Assembly (NCBI GenBank): GCA_963740315.1
Contig: CAVUDP010000001.1
Coordinates: 32,001 to 96,000, forward strand
From: an uncultured cyanobacterium
Lineage (GTDB): Bacteria; Cyanobacteriota; Cyanobacteriia; Cyanobacteriales; Nostocaceae
DNA: 64,000 bases
Direction of reading: 5' to 3'
Shown here piece by piece: positions 20,555 through 31,347 of this stretch. The position numbers and the translations under genes were made by a program. Numbering within the stretch: the first letter of the stretch is position 1; every line of letters begins with the position of its first letter. The notes below the pieces were generated by a model, which saw nothing but the letters and a program-made list of their open reading frames with translations, was not told where the DNA came from and did not search any database.

Positions 20555-21133
20555 TTACCAAAGCTTACTCATATTCAAAACAAAACCCGGTAATACATCT
20601 TCACCGCTAACAGAATCGGGATTTTCCAAACATTCCACCGACTGCGGACGATAAACGTAAACTATGCGATTTTTGCGGTCAATTAACCAGCCTAACTGAA
20701 ATCCAGGCTCCTGCATATATTCTTGCATTTTTTCCTGCAACGGTTTAAGATTGTCGCTTCTTGACCTTAATTCAATTACAAAATCGGGACAAATAGGAGC
20801 AAATTTTTGTTGTTCTTCCTGTAATAAACTATTCCAGCGCGATAATTTTATCCAAGAAACATCGGGAGAGCGATCGGCACCAGTAGAAAGTTTAAATCCC
20901 GTACTCGAATCAAAGCAAATACCCGTACCATCTTTTTCCGACCAGTTTCCAAGTTGTCCAGCTATATTAAAATTACGGTTTCCATGTTCCGAACCCGTAG
21001 GTGGCATAATAGATATTTCTCCATATTTATTTCTTTCAATGCGTAAATCGCGATTCATCTGACAGAATTCAAAAAATTGTTCGTCTGTCATTGATGAAGG
21101 AAATTGCAAAAGTAAAGGAGATGAAAGCATCAT
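20555..21133 (-). CDS. Uma2-family putative restriction-fold endonuclease
   Basis: FDSSTGF.L..GADRSPDVSW, PICPDFVIELRS, LGWLID, GEDVLPGF. Confidence 0.92.
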   Translation of the reverse strand: MMLSSPLLLQFPSSMTDEQFFEFCQMNRDLRIERNKYGEISIMPPTGSEHGNRNFNIAGQLGNWSEKDGTGICFDSSTGFKLSTGADRSPDVSWIKLSRWNSLLQEEQQKFAPICPDFVIELRSRSDNLKPLQEKMQEYMQEPGFQLGWLIDRKNRIVYVYRPQSVECLENPDSVSGEDVLPGFVLNMSKLW

Positions 21134-21248
21134 ATTTATTTACCTGGACTTATATTTCCTATTTTGAACCAGAATTTTGATCGAGGGGAATAGGGGATTC
21201 CCATAAATAAATTTATTTAAAAATAATTTGTTAAATAACCCACATATT

Positions 21249-21504
21249 TGTAGATATCTCCGCACTGCTACGTCTCCCCGTATTTAAGGTTGTATCGGGA
21301 TATTTCCGTTCATATAACGGTTAAATAAAATCAAATTAATTCGTTTAGTAACCCAAATAGTTGTAGAGAGCTCCGCACTGCTACGTCTCCCCGTATTTAG
21401 GGTTGTATCAAGTTTTCACTTATATGACAATTCGGTAAAAGAAAATCAAATTAATTCGTGGGATAACCCAAATAACAGAGACGTAGCACTGCTACGTCTC
21501 TACA
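21249..21504. repeat. Tandem ~113-bp units each starting with a GTAGAGACGTAGCA-type REP hairpin (BIME-like)
   Basis: ctccgcactgctacgtctccccgtattta.ggttgtatc and aaaatcaaattaattcgt..taacccaaata each occur twice; a third REP arm is at 21477-21504. Confidence 0.8.
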
Positions 21505-21541
21505 TTTAATACATTGTTGAAAATATAATTCAACAACAAAA

Positions 21542-22180
21542 CTATTTATTAGGCTGAGGAGTCATCCGTAGATAAGGTTTAACTTCCTCGTATCCTTTAG
21601 GAAACTTCTCCTTAAGAACATCTGGATCTTTAAGAGTAGGAACAATAACGCAATCATCGCCATCTTTCCAGTCAGCAGGAGTCGCAACGCTGTAATTATC
21701 AGTCAACTGTAACGAATCAATTACCCGTAAAATTTCATCAAAATTACGTCCGGTGCTGGGAGGATAAGTTAAACTTAAACGTAATTTCTTATCTGGATCG
21801 ATGATAAACACCGTCCGCACTGTTACCTTAGCGTTAGCATTCGGGTGAATCATATCATAAAGGTCAGAAACCTTTTTATCATCGTCAGCCAAAATCGGAT
21901 AATTGAGTTTTGTGCTTTGAGTTTCCTCAATATCTCCAATCCAACCTTTGTGAGATTCAGCATCATCAACGCTAAGAGCGATCGTCTTAACATTGCGCTT
22001 ATCAAATTCCGGCTTTAACTTTGCAACGGTACCCAATTCAGTAGTGCAAACGGGTGTATAGTCAGCCGGGTGGGAAAACAGCACTACCCAACTATCCCCA
22101 GCCCATTTGTAAAAATCAATTTCCCCTTCGCTGGAAGCTTGTGTAAAGTTTGGTACTGTATCACCGAGACGTAGAGCCAT
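21542..22180 (-). CDS. 1-Cys peroxiredoxin (Prx6 family)
   Basis: FSHPADYTPVCTTELG, YPPSTGRNFDEILR, ATPADW. Confidence 0.95.
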   Translation of the reverse strand: MALRLGDTVPNFTQASSEGEIDFYKWAGDSWVVLFSHPADYTPVCTTELGTVAKLKPEFDKRNVKTIALSVDDAESHKGWIGDIEETQSTKLNYPILADDDKKVSDLYDMIHPNANAKVTVRTVFIIDPDKKLRLSLTYPPSTGRNFDEILRVIDSLQLTDNYSVATPADWKDGDDCVIVPTLKDPDVLKEKFPKGYEEVKPYLRMTPQPNK

Positions 22181-22469
22181 ATGAAAATTACCTGATAGTC
22201 CGAAAGTTTTGCCTATTAAAAAAAGCAGTTATCACATATTACCGGGTTCCCTGATTCGCTTTTAGCAGATCGAAACAAAACGTAAATGTAACCTGTTAGT
22301 GGTTAGTGGTTAGTTGTTGAGAGTTGGGAATTCCCATCACCTTCTTGTCTCCCCATCTTCCCCTCTCGCTTCTCGTAAATTAATCGCATTCCTCCGATAT
22401 ATATATAGATGCTTGCTACTAATCTCTAATCCAAAGTCCCAAATACACATTCTTTACTGGGAGAAATTC

Positions 22470-24194
22470 ATGGTTATTAAATGTCGTCGCTTGGTTGCTT
22501 ATGTTGCAACAGCCTTCAGCATTTTGTTGTTGACTGCTTGCGACGGTGGAGGAAGTAATTCTACAAATAATTCGGATAATTTTAACGGTTTAAAAATCAA
22601 GTTTTTAGTAGGTAGCGCTTTAGATAAATTTTGCGATCGAGCAGCACAAGATTTCAACGCTACAAAACCGCAATTGGATGATGGTAAGGCTTTTCAGGTA
22701 GAATGCGAAGCTTCTGGAAGTGGTGATGTTGTGAGTAAGTTGGTAACTCTGGCAACTCAATTTAAGAATGGTACTTTACAAGAATCATCGCCAGAATTCC
22801 CGACTATTGTTTCTGTGGATGGTGAGATTTATCAAAGTCGTTTAATTTATCAAATGAATCAATTGTTTCCGGGACAAAATTACATTCCGGAAATTACCGA
22901 ATCTCCATTGCTTGCGAATTCACCAATGGTTTTGATGGCGCAAGCGGATATTGCGTCTGGACTGGAAAAAGTTGATAATCCTTATAAGGCTTTGGTTAGC
23001 GCCAAAAATCATCGCGATATTGACCCAAATGCACCTTCGTTAAATGTAAATTACGTCCATACCGCTCCAACTCGCTCTAATTCCGGATTGCAAACTTTAG
23101 TCACGCAGTTCGCTAGCGTATCGGGTAAGCGCCCGGAAACCATGACAGTCGCTGACGTACAGAAGTTTGAGCCGCAGGTGCAGCAGATTCAAAGCAAGAT
23201 AACTCGTTACGGTACTTCTACAAGTTCCTTGGCGAAGTCGATGGTGAAAAATGGTCAATTTTGGGCAACAGTCGGTTCGGTGTACGAATCAAGCGTAATT
23301 GATGCCAACTCTGACTTACAGCCGGGGCAAGAACGCTATCAAGCAGTGTATCCTAAAGCTACATTTACCTCAAATATGCGGGCAATATTACCGAATGCAC
23401 CTTGGGTAAGCACAGAAGAAAAAGCAGCAGCAGAGAAATTCATCGATTATTTGCGATCGCCACAAGTGCAAAAAATCGCCACCGATTTGGGTTTACGTCC
23501 GGGAATTCCGGGAATCCCTTTAGGAGCAAAGTTTTCACCGGAATTTGGTGTAAATCCCCAAGCTAAGTATGATTCGTTACGACCTCCCCAGCCGGAAGTT
23601 GTGGAAGCGATGCTCAAATCCTGGCAGGAAGTAGCTAAGAAGCCATCTTTGGTAGTTGTAGTAGTTGATTCTTCGGGGTCGATGGAGGGAGAAAAGCTAC
23701 CAGCAGTACAGAGAACTTTGCAGACATATATCAATAGTTTGGGACCAAAAGAGCAAATTGCTTTGATTGATTTTGATGATGATATTCGTCCCCCGGTATC
23801 AGTAAACGGAACCCCCGAAGGAAAAGATAAGGGAATGCAGTTTATCAACAGTTTAGAAGCAGGTGGTGGAACTCGTCTTTATGATGCTGCGATCGCGGCT
23901 CGTAACTGGTTGTCAGAAAATCTTCGTAAAGATGCGATAAACGCCGTTTTAATATTAACAGATGGAGACGATACAACTTCCGAAACATCTTTAGACAAGT
24001 TAAAACAAGAACTGCAAAAAAGCGGATTTAATAGCGATCGAAGGATTGCATTTTTTACAATTGGTTACGGAAACGAACGACAATTTAATCCAGAAGCACT
24101 CAAGACAATTGCTGAATTAAACGGCGGTTATTATTCCAAAGGCGATCCAGAAAGTATTTCAAAATTAATGTCAGATTTGCAGCTTGAATTTTAG
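22470..24194 (+). CDS. Lipoprotein: solute-binding domain fused to C-terminal vWA domain
   Basis: Lipobox LLLTAC; SBP motifs GSGD, PTRSNSG, YESSV, GLRP; MIDAS motif DSSGSM, GGTRLYDA, ILTDG. Confidence 0.88.
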   Translation: MVIKCRRLVAYVATAFSILLLTACDGGGSNSTNNSDNFNGLKIKFLVGSALDKFCDRAAQDFNATKPQLDDGKAFQVECEASGSGDVVSKLVTLATQFKNGTLQESSPEFPTIVSVDGEIYQSRLIYQMNQLFPGQNYIPEITESPLLANSPMVLMAQADIASGLEKVDNPYKALVSAKNHRDIDPNAPSLNVNYVHTAPTRSNSGLQTLVTQFASVSGKRPETMTVADVQKFEPQVQQIQSKITRYGTSTSSLAKSMVKNGQFWATVGSVYESSVIDANSDLQPGQERYQAVYPKATFTSNMRAILPNAPWVSTEEKAAAEKFIDYLRSPQVQKIATDLGLRPGIPGIPLGAKFSPEFGVNPQAKYDSLRPPQPEVVEAMLKSWQEVAKKPSLVVVVVDSSGSMEGEKLPAVQRTLQTYINSLGPKEQIALIDFDDDIRPPVSVNGTPEGKDKGMQFINSLEAGGGTRLYDAAIAARNWLSENLRKDAINAVLILTDGDDTTSETSLDKLKQELQKSGFNSDRRIAFFTIGYGNERQFNPEALKTIAELNGGYYSKGDPESISKLMSDLQLEF

Positions 24195-24296
24195 AAATAA
24201 GGTTCGTAGTAAGGACTTCAGTCCTCTTTCTTCATATACAAGGACTAAAGTCCTTACTACAAACAAATTTATCATTTAAGATTAACAAATATTCCT

Positions 24297-25415
24297 ATGA
24301 ACAACACAAAACGTAAATCCCAACAAAACCGCACTCTTACTTCCATAAGCATAATCCTAGCCTCATTAGGTTTAGCTTATGCTCCCATTCCCGGTTTACA
24401 ACAAACCGTAGTAATTGTCAGCGGTTCGGAATTACAAGAACCCCTCAAACAGTTAGAAACTCAATTTGAACAAGAAAATCCTAACATCAAATTAGAGTTA
24501 AAATTCCAAGGTTCTCAAGAAATAGTAAATAAATTTATCGACAATCAAAACGACTTTACACCAACCATTTTAATTCCCGCTAACGGAGAGAAATTAACAG
24601 AATTAAGCAATCGTTACAAAGCAACTAATTCCGACGAACCTTTTTACGATCGACCCCAACCAATTGCTAAAACAATATTAGTTGGAATCGCTTGGCAAGA
24701 AAGAGGTAAAGTGCTTTTCCCCGACGGACGTTTTAGCTGGGATAGAGTAGAAAAAGCGATGCAGGCAGGTAACTGGAGTGGAATTGGTGGTGCAAGTGAT
24801 TGGGGAAGCTTTGATTTTGTTACTACTAATCCGACTCGTTCAAACAGCGGACAATTAACCATGAGTTTATGGGCGCAATCAAAAACTGGCGATAATCTTA
24901 ATAGCGCAACATTCAATAATACTGCTGTCGAATCGCTGTTTGGTTTAGTAAAACGTTCAGTTTATCAACCACCACGTTCTACCGATATCTTATTAGAAGA
25001 ATTCATTGCCAAAGGTGCTAACGATGCCGATGTCGCAACAGTTTACGAAAGCATCGCATTACATCGCTGGGAGCAAGCTCGTAAAACTCAAGGTAAACCC
25101 TACCAAATTTATTATCTTAATCCCACTATTGAAACTATTTCTACTGCTGCGATCGCCAGAAGAAATGTTGACGGAGCAACCGCAAAAGCTGCCCAAAAAT
25201 TCCTCGATTTCCTTACCCAAAAGCAACAGCAAGCAGTATTTGTACAGTATGGTTTTCGTCCCGCGAATAATTCTGTAGACTTAAAAACAGTTCCGAATAG
25301 CCCTTGGAATCAAAATATTCCCGGTGCGGAAGTTAATCTTTCCGTCAAAAAATCATCACCACCAGATACAAAGATTTTTGGTGAAATTCAAAGATTGTGG
25401 GAAAGGGTGAATTGA
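24297..25415 (+). CDS. Extracellular solute-binding domain protein, paralogous to the SBP part of the upstream gene
   Basis: N-terminal hydrophobic segment; VSGSEL, QGSQEI, PTRSNSG, VYESIA, YGFRP. Confidence 0.85.
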   Translation: MNNTKRKSQQNRTLTSISIILASLGLAYAPIPGLQQTVVIVSGSELQEPLKQLETQFEQENPNIKLELKFQGSQEIVNKFIDNQNDFTPTILIPANGEKLTELSNRYKATNSDEPFYDRPQPIAKTILVGIAWQERGKVLFPDGRFSWDRVEKAMQAGNWSGIGGASDWGSFDFVTTNPTRSNSGQLTMSLWAQSKTGDNLNSATFNNTAVESLFGLVKRSVYQPPRSTDILLEEFIAKGANDADVATVYESIALHRWEQARKTQGKPYQIYYLNPTIETISTAAIARRNVDGATAKAAQKFLDFLTQKQQQAVFVQYGFRPANNSVDLKTVPNSPWNQNIPGAEVNLSVKKSSPPDTKIFGEIQRLWERVN

Positions 25416-25540
25416 TAAAATGGGTAATGGATAATGGGTAATAGGGTATGGGAAGATAAACTAATAAAACATCTGCCTCCATTATCGGCGATTGTATATT
25501 AATCCAGTACCCAATAAACCTAAAAATACTAACAAACCAA

Positions 25541-25822
25541 ATGTTTAAAATACGCAATCTAATTTTCAGCTTATGCATTCTCGTATTATTTACCATCATC
25601 GGTTGTTCATCTTGGCAATCGGGATGGGAAAGATTTTCAGCAAACGTTGCAAATAAAGGTGCTAGCGTTAAATGTTATTCTGGCGGACAATTAATTTACG
25701 AATCAAGAACCGATATCAAACCAATTTCCGAAGAAGATTCAGACGGATACTTTTTCCGCGATGCTAAAACAGGTAATTTTGTAGAAATATCCGCAGACTG
25801 TGTTTTTATTTATGATAAATAA
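25541..25822 (+). CDS. Small predicted lipoprotein, unknown function
   Basis: Signal peptide ending IIGC; compact domain KCYSGG.LIY...SEEDSDGYFFRD..TG.FVEISADC. Confidence 0.65.
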   Translation: MFKIRNLIFSLCILVLFTIIGCSSWQSGWERFSANVANKGASVKCYSGGQLIYESRTDIKPISEEDSDGYFFRDAKTGNFVEISADCVFIYDK

Positions 25823-25918
25823 TAAAGGTTAAAGGTTAAAGGTCTGCATATCAAAGGTTGATAAGATATTTAACTCCTAACTCTTAACTTCTAACTCCTA
25901 ATTTTTAACTCCTAACTC

Positions 25919-26938
25919 CTAACTCCTAATTCCTAACTCCTCAAGACTTTCTTCATTCCATACATAATCTTTCATATCATCTGGCCAAGATACTTCCTCT
26001 GCTGTAGCAAGTTTTAAAGTACTGGCTTCTAATTGTGAATATAAGCCAGCGAAATTTCCAATTACGATATTATTTTTAATAAAAGTTTGTCTTAAAAGTT
26101 CGGTTGTAAACATCATATTATGACCTTCAAAACTACCTTGAGAAAAAACTTGCTCAAAGATGATAAATTTGATATCGTCTCGTCCTTGTTTATTCGCTCT
26201 TTCACGAGTGATTCCAAATTTTTCGGGTACTATATCGCCCTTAATTGATACCATAATATATTTTGGTCCTTTCACCCATCTTTGATAGCTGTTGCCAAAA
26301 GCAAACACATTAATAAGCCGATCTGTACGATTTTCCCACTTTACTTCCTGAATTTTTCGCGCTTTAGAATTCCAGAAAGGTGTCTGTTTACGAATAAACT
26401 TTCTTTTAGCAAGAATGATAGCGCGAGCTAATAAAATTGTTCCGTGACTATCCCCAGAAAAATTGATAAGTTTATCATTTTCTATTGCATAAACTATTAA
26501 AGTAGCGGTATTTCTAATCGCTGGGCTGCTAGTTAAACCGAAACGGTGTATCGCCGCATCAATCCAATCTAAGTATTGATTAATAAAGCTAAAAAGAGGA
26601 TTCTTTTTGATAAAAGAAGAATTATTCAGATTAGCAACGCCAGTATTCAAAGTCTTTGCGTATCTACGACTCCTTTTAGAAGATATTGCTTCAGGTTGTC
26701 CTAGCCCAGGAATAAATATTGCAAAAAGTTCGCGATCGTCCCCTTCTGGATAATATGCTATATCCTGAGTAATAACGACAATTGGATTTTCAGCCGCCAT
26801 TACATCATCAAAATCAAAAATCCTTTCTGTACCGGGATTCTGAAACTGTCCATCAAACTTTTTATCCGGGAATAAAGCTTCTAAAAGCCAGCGTCGCCAA
26901 TTCGACTTTACCTGCTGTGCCTTATATTTATTCCTCAT
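25919..26938 (-). CDS. Hypothetical protein, possible alpha/beta-hydrolase fold
   Basis: FIPGL oxyanion-like motif, GDSHG nucleophile elbow, GDIVP and a C-terminal EGHN. Confidence 0.55.
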   Translation of the reverse strand: MRNKYKAQQVKSNWRRWLLEALFPDKKFDGQFQNPGTERIFDFDDVMAAENPIVVITQDIAYYPEGDDRELFAIFIPGLGQPEAISSKRSRRYAKTLNTGVANLNNSSFIKKNPLFSFINQYLDWIDAAIHRFGLTSSPAIRNTATLIVYAIENDKLINFSGDSHGTILLARAIILAKRKFIRKQTPFWNSKARKIQEVKWENRTDRLINVFAFGNSYQRWVKGPKYIMVSIKGDIVPEKFGITRERANKQGRDDIKFIIFEQVFSQGSFEGHNMMFTTELLRQTFIKNNIVIGNFAGLYSQLEASTLKLATAEEVSWPDDMKDYVWNEESLEELGIRS

Positions 26939-27140
26939 AACTAATTCCCTTTATTAAAACCGCGTTAATATATTCAGTTTACTTTTTGATATACAAGTAT
27001 TTTATTAAACTTTCCGATAATTAATTTAAACATATTACTATCCTAATGAAAGTATTATAGGGAATAGGGAACGGGAAATAGGGAGATGGGGAGAGAAAAT
27101 AATTCCTAACTCCTAACTCATAACTCCTTACCTCTAACCT

Positions 27141-28325
27141 TTAACCTTTAACCTGAATAATATCTTGATATGCTTCAACTATTTTTTGCGCGATCGCATC
27201 CCAACTATAGTTGAGCAATGCATATTTCCTCGCCAGCGAACCCCTGCGCTGTCTTTCTTCTGGACATTTCAAGGCTTCTCGAATTAAATCTGCAATTTCC
27301 AAGGTATTGGTTGTACCTACCCATCCCGATTCGCTACCGCTAATATCTTGACAAATATGCACTTGGTCTGAAATTACTACGGGGATTCCTGCTACCATCG
27401 CTTCGGCTACAGCAATACCAAAGTTTTCATAGTAGGAAGGTAAAACGAATAAATCGGCTGTTTCTAATAAAGCTGATTTTAATTCCCCCGTAACAAAACC
27501 AGTAATAGTAGTATGTTTATTCAAAGGTGAAGCTTGAATTTGCGACTTAATTTTTTGTTCGTAACTAGGATCTTGAGGATTGGTTCCAGCTAACACAAAA
27601 TGAAAATCTAACCCTTCACTCAAAAGTTTTTCTAAAGCCGGAATTAATAAATCTAATCCTTTTTTGGGGTCAATTCGCGACATAAATAATACTTTTGGTA
27701 CGTTGTCGGGAATATTAAATTTGCTGGAGACGTTAAATTTAACGTCTCTACATTCTTGCATTTGCTTTACACCAAGGGGAATCACCAAATCTCTGGTAGT
27801 CACTCCAAATCTATGAGAAACTTTCGCTTCTTGTTCGCTGGTAAAGTGAATTGCAGCAGCTTTTGCAATATTAGGACGTTCTAAAACTTTTGCATAAAGT
27901 TGTTTTAATTGTTTTTTCTTACTTAAATCTGCTGGGTCTAGTGTTCCTAAAGGACGTAAAATATAAGGTAATTTTTTAGCGCGACAAACAGCAGCAGCGG
28001 TACTACTAACAGGAGAAAATAAAGCATGAATATGAGCTAAATCGTATTCCTGGGCATGATTATTTAACCACTTCAATAAATCAATAGAAAACTTATAGCG
28101 ACGAAACGGCGAACATTTAAAATAAATGATTTCATAACCATCTTGTTCGATGGGAGAATTTAGCGGCACATCCAAAGGTTTTTGTCCCGTATCGCCATTA
28201 CTATCAGTCGTGAGAACGGTAATTTTCACACCTTGTCGTGCTAAAGCAGGTGCAAGTCCCAATACCATTTGGCTGGGGCCACCGTAAATAAGAGAAATTG
28301 AAGGAACTATTTGTAATATTTTCAT
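27141..28325 (-). CDS. hpsP: GT4 glycosyltransferase, HpsP-like (hormogonium polysaccharide)
   Basis: YGGPSQMV, FMSRIDPKKG, LPSYYENFGIAVAEAM; position in the hps cluster. Confidence 0.75.
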   Translation of the reverse strand: MKILQIVPSISLIYGGPSQMVLGLAPALARQGVKITVLTTDSNGDTGQKPLDVPLNSPIEQDGYEIIYFKCSPFRRYKFSIDLLKWLNNHAQEYDLAHIHALFSPVSSTAAAVCRAKKLPYILRPLGTLDPADLSKKKQLKQLYAKVLERPNIAKAAAIHFTSEQEAKVSHRFGVTTRDLVIPLGVKQMQECRDVKFNVSSKFNIPDNVPKVLFMSRIDPKKGLDLLIPALEKLLSEGLDFHFVLAGTNPQDPSYEQKIKSQIQASPLNKHTTITGFVTGELKSALLETADLFVLPSYYENFGIAVAEAMVAGIPVVISDQVHICQDISGSESGWVGTTNTLEIADLIREALKCPEERQRRGSLARKYALLNYSWDAIAQKIVEAYQDIIQVKG

Positions 28326-28562
28326 AGTTGTTAGTTATTAGTTGTTAGTGGTTAGTGGTTAGTTGTTATTTGTAGTTGTAGGGTGTGTTATCGCGGAGCG
28401 TAACGCACCGTTTTAAAGCTGCTATAATTCTTAGTTATTTTAAGAGCATTTCTAAATTTCCAAAAATATGTAGTGTCCGCATCTTGCTGCCTGTTTTTAT
28501 TCAATTACTCAAATGCTCCAGTTATTACTTTTCCAGCGAGTAAAATAGCTGCACAACTAACA

Positions 28563-29757
<1,195 letters not shown>

Positions 29758-30004
29758 AATTTTAGAGAATAGTTTTTAATTAAGAAGGAGTAGGGAAATA
29801 GGAAAAATAAAATTATCCAAATAATCTTTATTAAAACTTACGTCGTCGGAACTGTAAAACAATGGTTCCACGAATTTAGATCCCCCCAACCCCCCTTAAA
29901 AAAGGGGGGCTTTTTATTTCTCTCTAGTTCCCTCCTTAAAAAAGAAGGGCTTTTTATTCCTCTGTGTTCGAGTGCGTCAAGCATCGGTTAAATAATCAAT
30001 CCTT

Positions 30005-31042
30005 TTAGAAACTTCCCACAGGTTTCTTAGAATTTGTTTCCACAACCTCAAGCTTATCTTGCTGGGTATAAATTTGACCGTCATTCCACAATGATTGGAT
30101 CTTGGTTCCTAAAGCGTTGAAAAAGCCCAAAGTATAAAAAACGCCGCGAGTTAAGATTTTGACCGGCGAACCGCTTTTATGACAAGGAGGTCTTCCCAGA
30201 ACGTGACAGTCAAACAAACGAGCGTAAAAACGCAAAGCTTGAGTAACATTCAAGTTACTTAACCCTAGTAAGAAATGGTTGTGATAAAAGGTAAACTGAT
30301 ATTTAGTGGAACGAGTGCTGATATCGTGACAACCACCAGTCTCTTCTCCTAAATGCACCAAATGCGCTTCTGGATCGTACCAAATCTTATATCCCGTCTT
30401 GCGGATGTGCAGGCAAAAATCCGACTCTTCCCGCACCGCACTACCGCGAAATCTTTCATCAAAATGCAATCCGTACTTAGTAAATATTTCGCGACGGAAA
30501 GACATATTGCAACCCCTCGCGGTTAATACTTCTTGAGGTTTTGTAGTATGTACTAAGTCAATATAATACCAAGCAATTGCGGGGTCCATTGCTTGAGGAG
30601 GTAGATATTCTAGCTCTGTATAATTACCGTCACCTTGAGTATAACCTTTAGCAGAATCTTCCATCTTCATTCTGTCAAATACTCTTCCCCCGACAGCGCC
30701 TATTTCTGGATTTTCGTAATTTTTCGCGTGGGCTGCTAAAAATCCCGGTTCTAACAATACATCATCATCGATAAATAGAATTATCTCACCCGCAGACCGC
30801 CGTACAGCATAATTACGCGCCCCCGGTAAACTTGCCCAATCCAACCGATACCATTGAATTTTATCCCCTGCTGCTTGTTCTTTTAAATAAGCTTCAATTT
30901 CAGGTTTATGTTTTGGGGTTTGGTCTACTACCAATACTTCATAATTAGAATAATCTTGTTTAAGCACATCCACGATGCTATCGCGCAACGCTTCCTCACG
31001 CCCGTAGGTCGGTATAATTACTGAAATTAAAGGTTCTGACAT
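30005..31042 (-). CDS. hpsN: GT2 glycosyltransferase, HpsN-like
   Basis: ISVIIPTYGR, VVDQ, ARN, FIDDD, GCNMSFRR, EESDFC. Confidence 0.78.
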   Translation of the reverse strand: MSEPLISVIIPTYGREEALRDSIVDVLKQDYSNYEVLVVDQTPKHKPEIEAYLKEQAAGDKIQWYRLDWASLPGARNYAVRRSAGEIILFIDDDVLLEPGFLAAHAKNYENPEIGAVGGRVFDRMKMEDSAKGYTQGDGNYTELEYLPPQAMDPAIAWYYIDLVHTTKPQEVLTARGCNMSFRREIFTKYGLHFDERFRGSAVREESDFCLHIRKTGYKIWYDPEAHLVHLGEETGGCHDISTRSTKYQFTFYHNHFLLGLSNLNVTQALRFYARLFDCHVLGRPPCHKSGSPVKILTRGVFYTLGFFNALGTKIQSLWNDGQIYTQQDKLEVVETNSKKPVGSF

Positions 31043-31048
31043 ATCGGA

Positions 31049-31347
31049 ATTTTAGATTTTAGATTTTAGATTTTGGATTAGTAGTATTGAGTATTGAGTA
31101 TTGAGTATTGAGTATTGAGTATTGAGTATTGAGTTAGGAATTATGAGTTAGGAATTATGAGTTAGGAATTATGAGTTAGGAATTATGAGTTAGGAATTAT
31201 GAGTTAGGAATTATGAGTTAGAAGTAGCGATCGCCGGAAAGCTCGCTGTTTAACTACCCCCGAACCCCCGAACCCCATCTTTCCATCTCCCCCGAACCCC
31301 CGAACCCCCGAACCCCCGAACCCCATCTTTCCATCTCCCCATCTCCC
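31049..31347. repeat. Composite STRR block (ATTTTAG; GAGTATT; 14-mer GAGTTAGGAATTAT; CCCCGAAC/CCCCATCT)
   Basis: Directly visible consecutive tandem arrays. Confidence 0.9.

Noticed and set aside
21249..21504. Possible CRISPR array
   Set aside because: Only 2-3 units, the intervening sequences are homologous to each other, the repeat is a dispersed REP, and there are no cas genes.
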